IMG/VR virus record: IMGVR_UViG_3300032285_001531
From: a virus
Lineage: Duplodnaviria; Caudoviricetes
DNA: 64,000 nt
Direction: 5' to 3' (one strand)
Of the stretch, positions 25,561 to 36,559 are shown one piece after another (the first letter of the stretch is position 1; each line of letters begins with the position of its first letter). The notes below the pieces were generated by a model that saw only the letters and a program-made list of their open reading frames with translations, did no database searches and was not told the origin of the DNA. A program made the position numbers and the translations under genes.

Positions 25561-28500
25561 ATGACCGCAAACATACAAAAGATATTTACATCATATCAAC
25601 TTCTAGGTAACACAGGCAGTGAACAAACTGGCGCTACATACGTTGGTCAGCAAGGTCGTCTATGGTATGATCCTGCTACTAACACTCTACGTGCTAGTGA
25701 TGGCAATACTGCTGGTGGTACTATTGTAGGCAGTGGTGGAAATGGCGCAGTATCTGGTGCGACTACATGGGTTCAATATAATGATAACGGTAACTTCGGT
25801 AGTGTTCCTACTTTTACTTTTAATAGTTCAACTGATACGCTGACAGCAACTTATTTTTCAGGCGATGGCGGTAACTTAACTAATGTTAACTTGACTGGTG
25901 CTGCTGCAGGTAATACAACAGAAATTCAATTTAATAGCAATGGTAATTTTAGTGCCAGTGGTAATCTAAGATTTGACACGGGTAGTAATAGATTATACAC
26001 AGATTCAGTAGCGATTCCAGTTGGAACTTTATTATCTGGTAATGCGGCAGTTCCGTATGTTATTGCCACACTAACTCTTAATCAAATTTTAGCAAACAGT
26101 GATGGCACATCAACAGCATTACCAGCTGGTAGTTATGGCAATCCAAATGAAGTACCTGCTCCTTGGGCAGTATTTCAATTCACTACTAACCCTAGTCCCG
26201 TACTAGAAATAAATGATGTATTATCTGGTACAGGTGTGCCTGTACCTAGTCCTGTGAAATATGTTGGCACTGGTGGCAATAGTAACATTGTTGTGGCTGG
26301 TAGCACATTCTATGGGTTACCTACTCCAATACCAACAAATGGTACATTAATACCAGTAGCAAGACAAACACTGAATGCTGGATTACAAATTTCAACACAA
26401 GCCAGTACTGATATTGTTATGACACCTGGATCAGGCGGGGGAATTATTTGGGCTGGTAACTTAGTACCATTGACAAACGATACGTTCACACTTGGATCGC
26501 CTACACGAAGAATTAAACAGTCATACTTTGGTAGTAACACAGTTTATATCTTTGATAGTTATTTAGGCACTGACCAATCGATTGGTGCTAACAACGGTAA
26601 CTTGATTATCGGCGGCGGTGCTGGCTTGACTGTTGGTAATTTTATTATGAGTGGCAACACACTTTATCTTGATAATCCAGCAGAAGATTTCTTTTTAGGA
26701 ACAACAGGTGCGACAGGAAACTTAACAGTCAATCGTAGATTCAATGTAAATAGTAATACTGGTACATGGAAATTATTTGATATCAATCCCACTGGTACTG
26801 CTACACTTATTAGTAATATAGTTACTGGCAGTAATGTTGCTGCGCTAGAAATCATAGGTGCTACTACTAGAGATATACAAAGTCCCAACAATGCTGGTGT
26901 ATTGTTACATACATCTGGTACTAGTCAATCACCAAGTCGTATTTACAATGACAGTTATGGCAACGTTGCTAATGGCAGATACAGTGCTTACATTGGCAGA
27001 CGAGCAAGGGGTAATGCTCTAGCTCCTACTGGTACATTGAACAATGATATCATTAGTCGTATTGCTGCTAACCCTGCTGACAGTTCGAATAGTTTTGCTC
27101 CTATTTCTACAACCAGAATTGATTTTGTCAACTCGGAAAATCAAACTCCTACCAATCGTGGTGGCAGAATTGAAATATGGAACACGCCAGTTGGCAGTAA
27201 TGTAATAGCGTTATCTACTAGTTTTGACACCAACGGTGTAAGATTAATCGGCAACACTACTACCACAGGTATTACTTTTGCTGACAATACTTTTCAAAAC
27301 ACAGCCTTTACACATACCAGCGCAGTTACTAGTGTAACTGTTGGCGTAGGTCTAACACAAACCGCTACTGTAGGTGATGTTGGAATAGATGCTACAGGTG
27401 TAACTACAGTTGCTGGTACAGCTAATCAAGTATTTGTAAATGCTAATACAAGTGGTGGTAACTCTAATTCTAGTGTAACTTTAACATTGCCTCAAAATAT
27501 CGGTACTAGTAGTAGCCCTACATTTGGTAACTTAACTATTACAGGAACATTGACTGTAAGCAATCTTGTGTCTACCGGTAACAGCGTAGTAGATAGTAAA
27601 GTATTAAACTTAGCTGCTAATTCTACAGCAAATACGCAAATAGATCAAGGTGGTATTATTCTAGGTAATAATAGTTCTGCTTATAAGGTAAGCATTCTTT
27701 ACACACTAGCAAACAACGAGTGGGATACTGGTAATACTGGATTCAACACAGAAAATTTTTCTGCTGCTAATGCTAACATTGATTTCTTAAATGTTCAAAA
27801 CGGTGGACACTTTGGATTACTTAATGAACAATTAGATTATCCTAACGCTTATGTTCAAGTAGATTCTAATGTAAATAGCTATAGTCAAATAGTCAGCCAG
27901 AATCATAGCCCAGGAACAGCAGCTAGTAGTGACTTAGTATTAGTGAATGATATTGGTGATGATGGCAATCATTACATTGATATGGGTATTAATGGCAGTA
28001 ACTATACTGACCCTGCATTTAGTAGCACATTAGCAAATGATGGTTACTTGTTTGTAAATCAAGGTAACTTAGTCATAGGAACTGATACTGCTGCTAAGAC
28101 TATCAAGTTTGTTGCTGGCGGCACTACTAGCAGTAACATAATCGCTACGATTAGCAACACTGGCATTTCTACTCCAGGCAATGTCACAGCAAATTACTTT
28201 GTTGGTAATGGTAGTCAGTTAACAGGCATTGCAGCAGGAAACATTACTGGACAAGTTGCTAATGCTCTAGTGGCTGGCACTGTTTATACAGCAGCACAAC
28301 CCAACATCACAAGTCTAGGTACATTGACAAGTTTAACTGTTTCAGGTAATATTACCAGTGGCAATGCTAACTTGGGTAATGTTGCAACTGCTAATTATTT
28401 TGTTGGTAATGGTTATAATTTAACTAGTATAAATGTCTCTAATGTTGTAGGTACTATCGCAAATGCCAATTATGCAGCATACGCAGGTAATGTTACACAT

Positions 28501-29577
28501 TCATTAACAATAAACAATAGTGGAACAGGAGCAGCCAGTGGTGCTACTTTTAATGGCGGCAGTGCTATCACGATCAGCTACAATACAGTAGGCGCTCCAA
28601 AAGTAGACGGTACTGGTGCTAGTGGCACATGGGGTATAAGTATAACAGGCAATGCTAATGTAGCTAATACAGCAAATAGTGTTGCGGGTGCTAATGTAAG
28701 TGATCAAGTAAATTATGCAGCAATCGCTAATTTAGTAGCAGGCGCCAATGTAAGCGGAGCAGTCACTTTTGCTACAACAGCAAACGCAGTAGCCGGAGCT
28801 AACGTAAGTGGTACTGTAGCAAATGCCAATTACGCAGCTTATGCGGGCAATGTTACAATAGCTGCTCAATCAAATATCACTAGTCTAGGTAACTTAGCAA
28901 ATCTAACAAGTAATGGTACTGTAAACTTTGCTAATTCTGCTAATGTTAATATTGGTGCTATAGCTAATTTACATATATCTGGTGGAAGTTCTAACAATAT
29001 TCTTATTACTAATGGTTCTGGTATTTTATCATGGTCTGCTATAAGTACAGTCAATGGTGTCGGTGGTAATCAACTTGTTTTTGTACTGAATGCTCAGCAG
29101 AGCATAGGTAATGCTAAAAATACATTATTAAGTTTATTTGGATTAACAAATGGAGTTGTGTTAGCTTCAAATACTCGCTATCAATATCAAATATTATTTA
29201 ACGCTCAGTGTAGTAAAGCTGGTGTACTAAGTTATGCTTTAGCATTAGGTGGTGGTGCTGTTGTGGCACAACACAACTACAATGTGATATCCAACAAGAC
29301 TACGGCAATTGATAACTACACTGCTGGTGTTACCATGATGAGCCAGAACGCTACTGGTGCCGCAATCACTACAGCGCAAACAGTAGCGGATACTGCTACA
29401 TTTACTCATACCCTCATCAATGGAACCATTGATGTTACTACTGGTGGTAATGTTAACTTTATGGTATCGCAAGACCAAAATACTCCAGTGACTTGGACCA
29501 TCAATGCTGGTTCTTATATAAGATTATTACCACTAGGTGCTATTGGTGCTAATACTACAGCCGGAACTTGGTCATAA
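25561..29577 (+). CDS. Tail fibre-like protein (1338 aa) with Mtd_N-like N-terminus
   Basis: YVGQQGRLWYDP...LRASDG N-terminus; VQYN/IQFN modules; AAQPNITSLG repeats. Confidence 0.75.
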   Translation: MTANIQKIFTSYQLLGNTGSEQTGATYVGQQGRLWYDPATNTLRASDGNTAGGTIVGSGGNGAVSGATTWVQYNDNGNFGSVPTFTFNSSTDTLTATYFSGDGGNLTNVNLTGAAAGNTTEIQFNSNGNFSASGNLRFDTGSNRLYTDSVAIPVGTLLSGNAAVPYVIATLTLNQILANSDGTSTALPAGSYGNPNEVPAPWAVFQFTTNPSPVLEINDVLSGTGVPVPSPVKYVGTGGNSNIVVAGSTFYGLPTPIPTNGTLIPVARQTLNAGLQISTQASTDIVMTPGSGGGIIWAGNLVPLTNDTFTLGSPTRRIKQSYFGSNTVYIFDSYLGTDQSIGANNGNLIIGGGAGLTVGNFIMSGNTLYLDNPAEDFFLGTTGATGNLTVNRRFNVNSNTGTWKLFDINPTGTATLISNIVTGSNVAALEIIGATTRDIQSPNNAGVLLHTSGTSQSPSRIYNDSYGNVANGRYSAYIGRRARGNALAPTGTLNNDIISRIAANPADSSNSFAPISTTRIDFVNSENQTPTNRGGRIEIWNTPVGSNVIALSTSFDTNGVRLIGNTTTTGITFADNTFQNTAFTHTSAVTSVTVGVGLTQTATVGDVGIDATGVTTVAGTANQVFVNANTSGGNSNSSVTLTLPQNIGTSSSPTFGNLTITGTLTVSNLVSTGNSVVDSKVLNLAANSTANTQIDQGGIILGNNSSAYKVSILYTLANNEWDTGNTGFNTENFSAANANIDFLNVQNGGHFGLLNEQLDYPNAYVQVDSNVNSYSQIVSQNHSPGTAASSDLVLVNDIGDDGNHYIDMGINGSNYTDPAFSSTLANDGYLFVNQGNLVIGTDTAAKTIKFVAGGTTSSNIIATISNTGISTPGNVTANYFVGNGSQLTGIAAGNITGQVANALVAGTVYTAAQPNITSLGTLTSLTVSGNITSGNANLGNVATANYFVGNGYNLTSINVSNVVGTIANANYAAYAGNVTHSLTINNSGTGAASGATFNGGSAITISYNTVGAPKVDGTGASGTWGISITGNANVANTANSVAGANVSDQVNYAAIANLVAGANVSGAVTFATTANAVAGANVSGTVANANYAAYAGNVTIAAQSNITSLGNLANLTSNGTVNFANSANVNIGAIANLHISGGSSNNILITNGSGILSWSAISTVNGVGGNQLVFVLNAQQSIGNAKNTLLSLFGLTNGVVLASNTRYQYQILFNAQCSKAGVLSYALALGGGAVVAQHNYNVISNKTTAIDNYTAGVTMMSQNATGAAITTAQTVADTATFTHTLINGTIDVTTGGNVNFMVSQDQNTPVTWTINAGSYIRLLPLGAIGANTTAGTWS

Positions 29578-29625
29578 AGTCTAATCTATTTCTACGGTTG
29601 TACATAACCGAATAAATAAGTCACT

Positions 29626-31176
29626 ATGAGTGGCGCACCAACCTTTATTAAAAATCCATATGTAAAGACCAGCTTTGCTACGGATAAAGAATTACAAGAC
29701 TTTATAAAATGTAGCGATCCGGTTAATGGTTATCTATATTTTATGGATAACTTCTTTTATATACAACACCCTACTAGAGGAAGCATGTTGTATCATCCTT
29801 GGGAATATCAAGAACGGTTAATTCACACATATCATAACTATCGTTTCAGTATTAGCTTGATGCCTCGACAAACAGGTAAGTCAACTAGTGCTGCAGGATA
29901 TCTACTTTGGTATGCCATGTTTGTTCCAGATAGTACAATATTAATTGCAGCACACAAATATGCTGGTGCGCAAGAGATTATGCAACGTATAAGATATGCA
30001 TATGAGAACTGCCCACATCATATTAAAGCAGGTGTTGTAACATATAATAAAGGTTCATTGGACTTTGATAATGGTAGCCGTATTATTAGTGCTACAACTA
30101 CAGAAAATACGGGTCGTGGTCTTTCTATATCATTATTATATCTTGACGAGTTTGCATTCGTAAGACCAACTATAGCTAGTGAGTTTTGGACATCTATTAC
30201 ACCAACACTATCAACTGGTGGTAAAGCAATTATTACAAGTACTCCAAACAGTGACGAGGATCAATTCGCATTGATTTGGAAGGGTGCTAACAAAACAGAA
30301 GATGAGTTTGGTAATCAAACTGAATTAGGTGTAAACGGATTCAAATCATTCAGAGCAAAGTGGCAAGAACATCCAGATCGTGATCAAAAATGGGCTGATG
30401 AAATGAAATCACAGCTCGGTGATGATAGATTTCGCCGAGAGATGGAATGCGAATTCATTATTGCTGATGAAACATTAATCAATCCGAACACACTATTTGA
30501 ATTGGAGGGAATAGAACCAATTAAAAAACACGGACAAGTTCGTTGGTATCAGCAACCAGTTAAAGGTAACATTTATGTTATATCACTTGATCCTAGTTTA
30601 GGTACAGGTGGTGACCCTGCAGCTATACAAATATTTGAAGCAAACACTACAACACAGATCGGTGAGTGGAAACACAATAAAACTGCTATACCAGAACAAA
30701 TTAAATTGTTGAAACAGATTACAGATTACATAGCAGATATTACGAACGAACCCAACAACATCTATTACAGTTTAGAAAATAACAGTATTGGTGAAGCAGC
30801 ACTTATATCATTAAATGAATATGGTGAGCATAATATTAAGGGTATCTTTTTGACAGAAACAGGAATCAAAAAGCGTAAAGGGTACAACACAACTAATAAG
30901 AGCAAACTAGCTGCCTGTGCCAAACTAAAGCACTTATTAGAATCTAAGAAAATGAAAATATTCAGTAAGAGTTTGATAAGCGAGTTAAAGACATTCGTAG
31001 CACTTGGCGGCAGCTACAAAGCAAAGATCGGGGAAACAGACGATTTAGTCATGGCCGCACTGTTAACCGTCAGAATGCTTCAGGATTTAGGGAATTTTCA
31101 TAGCGATTTAGAGAATCAAATACGTGACTATGAGGATTTTGTTGCTCCGTTACCGTTCTTTGCTATCCTGGGCTGA
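29626..31176 (+). CDS. gp17: Terminase large subunit (T4 gp17-like)
   Basis: PRQTGKST, YLDEFAF, ITSTPNS, FRREMECEF, LDPSLG and DDLVMA. Confidence 0.95.
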   Translation: MSGAPTFIKNPYVKTSFATDKELQDFIKCSDPVNGYLYFMDNFFYIQHPTRGSMLYHPWEYQERLIHTYHNYRFSISLMPRQTGKSTSAAGYLLWYAMFVPDSTILIAAHKYAGAQEIMQRIRYAYENCPHHIKAGVVTYNKGSLDFDNGSRIISATTTENTGRGLSISLLYLDEFAFVRPTIASEFWTSITPTLSTGGKAIITSTPNSDEDQFALIWKGANKTEDEFGNQTELGVNGFKSFRAKWQEHPDRDQKWADEMKSQLGDDRFRREMECEFIIADETLINPNTLFELEGIEPIKKHGQVRWYQQPVKGNIYVISLDPSLGTGGDPAAIQIFEANTTTQIGEWKHNKTAIPEQIKLLKQITDYIADITNEPNNIYYSLENNSIGEAALISLNEYGEHNIKGIFLTETGIKKRKGYNTTNKSKLAACAKLKHLLESKKMKIFSKSLISELKTFVALGGSYKAKIGETDDLVMAALLTVRMLQDLGNFHSDLENQIRDYEDFVAPLPFFAILG

Positions 31177-31205
31177 TAAATACTATATTATTTGAGTACA
31201 CAATT

Positions 31206-33266
31206 ATGCCTATAAACCAAGATTCATTACAAGACGAACTATACGATTTTCTTAAAAGTCAAGGGTACAGACCTACCAGATTTGACTCCTCAGGGAAGAA
31301 AGTTCCATTATCTAAATTAGCAGACGTTTTCAAGTTTGACTTCAAAATGGATGATATTGTATACGGTGAAGTTTATGCAGCAATTATTGGTAAGAACTTA
31401 GTTCTATTCAACGGAGATGATGTACTAGACAGTCCAAACACTAGTAGTTCAGGTAATATGTCATTTAATAAAATGGCAATATATTTAAAGGGCTGGGCCC
31501 ACGATCACCAACTAGGTTTTGAAAGAGATGATATTGAGAATTTAGAGGATGAAATGGCTAAACGTGAAGATACTAAAAAGTTAGATGAAGGTTATTACCC
31601 AATGGGTAAAAAAGCAAGCTATAATGATAGCGTACCTAATGTAAAGATTAAAATTCAACATAGCAGAGCCATTGAAGAAGGTGAACAACGTTATAGAAAT
31701 ATTGCAAGAATTTATTTAGAAAATCAAAATGGTGAAAGATTCTTATTGAATACTAGGAAACCAGGTATCGCACGTGTGTATGCAAGACATATTGCAGAAG
31801 GTGGTAAAGTTAATGATGACCGTTGGATGCATGTTGACAGTTTAGTAGAAGAATATACAAAGATGGCAGGATTTGTTCGTGCTACTCGTAATGGTCAATT
31901 TAATGAAAGCACCCAAGAATTGGTTACTGAAGGATTGAATCATTATGCTAGTCTACGTGAAACATTACATAAATTATCAGGTAAAAAAGGATATAACAAA
32001 TACTTTGAAAGTTATACACCAACATTACAAGAAGATATGGGTATTGGTCAACCTGATTTAGCAGAAATGTTTGTCAGTTCAAGTATCGATCCTAGAATAG
32101 AACATGCTATGCCAATCTTAGCAAAACTAATGAAGCCAAAGAAACAAAAGATGGATGAAGTAGCAGAGTTGGAAGAATGGTCTGAAAGTATAATCACTGA
32201 GAAACTAAAGCCCCATAAGCAAGATCAACTAAACGATTTAGCAAAACTATTTGCAGAAGAAATTCCATTCGGTGATGATGCAGTAAATGTTAAATATATC
32301 CTTTCACGTTATGAGTTACAAGACCGTGACTTGTTTGATTTCTTAAAAACTATTGCAGAACAAGATAGAGATGGTGATGCGAGACCGGCAATTATACATT
32401 GGTTAAGTCAGTCAAGTGATCATGATCATCATGAATTATTACAAGCAATTGAAGATGCTATGCCTCAACCAGCACCGGCCCCACAACCAGCTGCTCCAGA
32501 ACAACAAGCACCGGTGCAGCAAGAAAGTTTACGTCCTGGCGAACGTCATCATTTTGAGACAGACCCAGAAACAGGTAAGCGTGTATATAAAGGCATACGT
32601 GGTGATCAATATGATGCTCCTAAGAAGCGTGATAGTTCAGGTGATGCTGCAGAACGTGCAGATAGAGAACGTCAAGCACATATTAAACATGATAGAGGGT
32701 TGACTGAAGAAGAACCAGGCATGAGTAAACGTGCGAGGGACTCTTTTAAAGATTTAGATGCTGCAACAACTGATTCTCAAACAGATAATCAGCAAGATTT
32801 AGAAAAATTTAGAGATCGTGTTCGTACTGGGCAAGCAGGTAAATCAACAAAACTACAAGATATGAATCCATTGGATAGAGAACAATGGGAAAGAGAAAAG
32901 CAACAACAAGGAATAAAAAACGAAACTAAAGATAATGAAGACCATTGGTCAACTGATTCAGCATTGGAACATTTATTACCAATGATTATTACAATGTCAG
33001 TAGAAGGTGCAACTGATAAAGAGATTGCTAAATCATTACATATTAATGTTGATGTTGTTGGAGAAATCATTAACCATTTTGTTAAAGAACTTAAAGCAGA
33101 TGCAGGTCATGAAGAAGTTGAAGAAGGATTAGATGCTAACCAAAAGCGTGTTGGACAATTAGGCCCAACTGAAAAGGTTAAAAATAACAATATAGGTAAA
33201 TTAGTGGGTGCAAGTGAAAGTATTGACCCTGCCTTAGCTAGAATGCGTAAACTATCTGGTTTATAA
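31206..33266 (+). CDS. Large acidic hypothetical protein (possible head core/scaffold-associated)
   Basis: Late-type promoter; many L/I-x-E sites; C-terminal LARMRKLSGL. Confidence 0.6.
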   Translation: MPINQDSLQDELYDFLKSQGYRPTRFDSSGKKVPLSKLADVFKFDFKMDDIVYGEVYAAIIGKNLVLFNGDDVLDSPNTSSSGNMSFNKMAIYLKGWAHDHQLGFERDDIENLEDEMAKREDTKKLDEGYYPMGKKASYNDSVPNVKIKIQHSRAIEEGEQRYRNIARIYLENQNGERFLLNTRKPGIARVYARHIAEGGKVNDDRWMHVDSLVEEYTKMAGFVRATRNGQFNESTQELVTEGLNHYASLRETLHKLSGKKGYNKYFESYTPTLQEDMGIGQPDLAEMFVSSSIDPRIEHAMPILAKLMKPKKQKMDEVAELEEWSESIITEKLKPHKQDQLNDLAKLFAEEIPFGDDAVNVKYILSRYELQDRDLFDFLKTIAEQDRDGDARPAIIHWLSQSSDHDHHELLQAIEDAMPQPAPAPQPAAPEQQAPVQQESLRPGERHHFETDPETGKRVYKGIRGDQYDAPKKRDSSGDAAERADRERQAHIKHDRGLTEEEPGMSKRARDSFKDLDAATTDSQTDNQQDLEKFRDRVRTGQAGKSTKLQDMNPLDREQWEREKQQQGIKNETKDNEDHWSTDSALEHLLPMIITMSVEGATDKEIAKSLHINVDVVGEIINHFVKELKADAGHEEVEEGLDANQKRVGQLGPTEKVKNNNIGKLVGASESIDPALARMRKLSGL

Positions 33267-33422
33267 AAGGGTAAAAAACCTCTATAAAAAATTGTATTTT
33301 CCCACATAAGGCATAAATACTATTGTTAAACAAATTATAACACTGTATAATCTGTTTATCAGTCACTCATAGGGAGTGGCGAATATTAAATAAAGACCAA
33401 CTTAAGACAAAAGGCAAATATC

Positions 33423-34415
33423 ATGGCATCATTAGCAGACATCCGCGCACGTATCGCTGCGCAAGAAAACAAATCAACAGGCAGTTCATCTCAGCAAGCA
33501 GATAACGCAATTTACCCACACTGGAACATGGACGAAGGCACTAACGCTGTTATTCGTTTCTTACCAGACGGTAATAGCAATAATACTTTCTTCTGGGTAG
33601 AACGTCAAATCATCAAACTCTCATTCAATGGAGTTAAAGGTGATAGTAATGTAAAACAAATCACAGTACAAGTACCATGCGTAGAAATGTATGGTGACTC
33701 TTGTCCAATCTTAGCTGAGGTACGTCCTTGGTATAAAGATGAATCATTAAAAGAAATGGCAAACAAGTATTGGAAGAAGCGTAGTTATTTGTTCCAAGGC
33801 TTTGTGCGTCAGAATCCATTAGGAGATGACAAATCACCAGCGAATCCAATTCGTAGATTTATCATTAGTCCACAAATCTTTACAATCATCAAATCTAGTT
33901 TGATGGATCCAGAGATGGAAGAATTACCAACTGACTATGTTCATGGGTTAGACTTCCGTGTCACAAAAACTAGCAAAGGTGGTTATGCTGACTATAGTAC
34001 TTCAACTTGGAGTCGTAAAGAATCTGCACTAACACAAGCAGAACAAGACGCAATTGAAGCACATGGTCTATTCAACTTGGCTGATTTCTTACCAAAGAAA
34101 CCAGGTGAGGCAGAACTACGTGTAATCAAAGAAATGTTTGAAGCAAGCGTAGATGGTCAACCATACGACAATGATCGTTGGGGCCAATATTATCGTCCAT
34201 ATGGTTTAGATGCACCTGCAGGAGCGAAAGTGGAAGAACATACAGCAGCACCTGTCAAAGCTGCAACCACAACTGCACCCGTAGCAGACTCTAATCAATT
34301 TGATGAAGATGATACTGTATCACAACCAGTAAAAGTTCCATCATCAGCTCCATCAAGTGATAAAGCACAAGACATTCTTGCAATGATTCGTGCTAGACAA
34401 AACAAAGCAGCCTAA
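33423..34415 (+). CDS. gp32: Single-stranded DNA-binding protein (gp32-like)
   Basis: VIRFLPD, CPIL, YADYSTS motifs; C-terminal DILAMIRAR. Confidence 0.88.
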   Translation: MASLADIRARIAAQENKSTGSSSQQADNAIYPHWNMDEGTNAVIRFLPDGNSNNTFFWVERQIIKLSFNGVKGDSNVKQITVQVPCVEMYGDSCPILAEVRPWYKDESLKEMANKYWKKRSYLFQGFVRQNPLGDDKSPANPIRRFIISPQIFTIIKSSLMDPEMEELPTDYVHGLDFRVTKTSKGGYADYSTSTWSRKESALTQAEQDAIEAHGLFNLADFLPKKPGEAELRVIKEMFEASVDGQPYDNDRWGQYYRPYGLDAPAGAKVEEHTAAPVKAATTTAPVADSNQFDEDDTVSQPVKVPSSAPSSDKAQDILAMIRARQNKAA

Positions 34416-34466
34416 TTAAGGGTAACGGACAGGGAACGTCACCGTTCCCTACCGTAGGAGATTAAT

Positions 34467-34691
34467 ATGACATTACCAGACGAACGATACCTTGCATTAA
34501 AGCAAAGTAAGAAATTATTAGAGGAACTATGTGATCCTGGCAAAACACCAAGAGTACCTAGTTTAGTGAGAGACCGTGCAAGAACGGCCCTTCGCCACTT
34601 TCCAAACGATTTTGATATTGATAATATCGCAGAGAAGTGTCCAGAAATAATTGACAAAAAGCCTAATGGCGTGTATCGTGTTACAAAATAA
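34467..34691 (+). CDS. hypothetical protein
   Basis: SD AGGAG; MTLPDERY...LRHFP family. Confidence 0.7.
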   Translation: MTLPDERYLALKQSKKLLEELCDPGKTPRVPSLVRDRARTALRHFPNDFDIDNIAEKCPEIIDKKPNGVYRVTK

Positions 34692-34705
34692 ATTAGGAGA
34701 ATAAT

Positions 34706-35773
34706 TTGGGAAAGCCATTTGATGTAAGTAAGTTTAGGAAAGATATCACTAAGACTATTGAAGGACTTAGTGTAGGTTTTAATGATCCGACCGATTGGAT
34801 CAGCACAGGAAATTATGCACTCAATTATCTTATTAGTGGTGATTTTAACAAAGGCGTGCCTCTTGGTAAAGTCACTGTATTCGCTGGAGAAAGTGGTTCC
34901 GGAAAGAGTTACATCTGTTCTGGCAACTTGGTTCGCCATGCTCAGCAACAAGGTATTTTCGTGGTACTCATTGATTCGGAAAATGCTTTGGACGAAGATT
35001 GGCTAAAAGCATTAGGAGTTGATACAGGCGAAGATAAGTTGTTGAAACTTAACATGGCTATGATTGATGATGTAGCCAAAACAATCAGTAAGTTTGTTGC
35101 TGATTATAAAACTATTCCAAATGAAGATAGACCTAAAGTCTTATTCATTGTAGATAGTTTAGGTATGTTGTTGACACCAACTGACGTTAATCAGTTTGAT
35201 GCAGGTGATATGAAGGGTGACATGGGTCGTAAGCCTAAAGCACTAACATCACTTGTACGTAACACAGTTAATATGTTTGGTGCATTGAACATTGGTATGG
35301 TTGCAACTAATCATACATATGCATCACAGGATATGTTTGACCCAGATGATAAAATCAGTGGTGGTCAAGGCTTTGTTTATGCAAGTTCAATTGTAGTTGC
35401 AATGAAGAAATTGAAACTAAAAGAAGATGAAGATGGTAACAAAGTAAGTGAAGTAAATGGTATACGTGCTGCGTGTAAGATTATGAAAACACGTTATGCT
35501 AAGCCGTTTGAATCACTACAGATTAAGATACCATATGAAACAGGTATGAATCCATATTCAGGATTACTTGACTTATTTGAAAAGAATAACCTCTTAACTA
35601 AAGAAGGTAATCGTTTATCATACACGACTAATGACGGTGAAGTACTTAAGATGTTCCGTAAAGGTTGGGAATCAAATGAAGATGGTTGCTTAGATAAAGT
35701 TATGACTGAGTTTACAAAAAGGAATCAAACTAAGCTAAGTACTGTTACATTGGAGGAGGAGGTAACAGAATGA
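34706..35773 (+). CDS. uvsX: RecA-like recombinase
   Basis: AGESGSGKS, IDSE, VDSLG, NHTY and SGGQG; TTG start with AGGAG SD. Confidence 0.93.
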   Translation: MGKPFDVSKFRKDITKTIEGLSVGFNDPTDWISTGNYALNYLISGDFNKGVPLGKVTVFAGESGSGKSYICSGNLVRHAQQQGIFVVLIDSENALDEDWLKALGVDTGEDKLLKLNMAMIDDVAKTISKFVADYKTIPNEDRPKVLFIVDSLGMLLTPTDVNQFDAGDMKGDMGRKPKALTSLVRNTVNMFGALNIGMVATNHTYASQDMFDPDDKISGGQGFVYASSIVVAMKKLKLKEDEDGNKVSEVNGIRAACKIMKTRYAKPFESLQIKIPYETGMNPYSGLLDLFEKNNLLTKEGNRLSYTTNDGEVLKMFRKGWESNEDGCLDKVMTEFTKRNQTKLSTVTLEEEVTE

Positions 35774-36018
35774 ACTTAGATTCAATAGCAGAAGTATGGG
35801 ATGTATTACGTAGTCATATTGACTTTAGCGAACGCAAAGATGCGGCTGAAACACTAGTTGGATTCTTAATTGAAAACAACTGTGAGGCAGATGAAATCAA
35901 ACAAGCCTTTAGGGGCGACAAAGAAGTTGCTAAAGCACTTCTAATCTATGATGATAGCAATTTGCATGAAGAAGAAGATGACTATGATGATGACTATGAT
36001 GACGAAGATAGGTATTAA
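35770..36018 (+). CDS. acidic hypothetical protein
   Basis: ATGA overlap with uvsX. Confidence 0.7.
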   Translation: MNLDSIAEVWDVLRSHIDFSERKDAAETLVGFLIENNCEADEIKQAFRGDKEVAKALLIYDDSNLHEEEDDYDDDYDDEDRY

Positions 36019-36026
36019 AGGCATCT

Positions 36027-36482
36027 ATGACCTGGTATACTAAAGTATCTACTAATCTTGCGGCAATACCTGACTTTATTGCATACTATGATGCTGAATT
36101 AATTTCAGCAAAAAATGATGTAAGAGTAGCAGGTATTTTGGAGAAGAATATCTCAGCATTACCAGGCATCACTGAGCATCGTTTCAATCAACTACAAGAG
36201 ATTGAAGCGGTGCTTAACTTGCTTAATATACAACTACGTAAAATCAGACGCAGACATTTTCAAAAGTATTTAGAAGCGTATAACCGTGTACTAACAAGCC
36301 GTGATGCAGAAAAGTATGTAGACGGTGAAGATGAAGTTATTGATTTTGAAACTATTATTAACGAAGTAGCACTATTACGCAATCGTTGGCTAGGTATTTT
36401 AAAAGGTCTTGATGCCAAACAATGGCAAATGGGCCATATAGTTAGACTACGTACTGCTGGTATGGAAGATATTACACTTTAA
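36027..36482 (+). CDS. uvsY: Recombination mediator UvsY-like
   Basis: Helical protein with AEKYVDGE...LKGLDAKQWQ, next to uvsX. Confidence 0.7.
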   Translation: MTWYTKVSTNLAAIPDFIAYYDAELISAKNDVRVAGILEKNISALPGITEHRFNQLQEIEAVLNLLNIQLRKIRRRHFQKYLEAYNRVLTSRDAEKYVDGEDEVIDFETIINEVALLRNRWLGILKGLDAKQWQMGHIVRLRTAGMEDITL

Positions 36483-36499
36483 ACAACATTTTACTAGGC

Positions 36500-36528
36500 T
36501 TGACATTGAATCGATCCAGCTATATAAT
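36500..36528 (+). promoter_or_regulatory. Early sigma70 promoter 6
   Basis: TTGACA-17-TATAAT; SD AGGAGCT. Confidence 0.9.
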
Positions 36529-36559
36529 TAGCATTCTAAATCAATAATAGGAGCTAATA

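Noticed and set aside
25561-29577. Diversity-generating retroelement target (Mtd-like N-terminus, slightly GC-richer C-terminus near 29280-29520)
   Set aside because: No reverse transcriptase, template repeat or VR/TR pair found in the window; the GC shift is short and within noise by eye.
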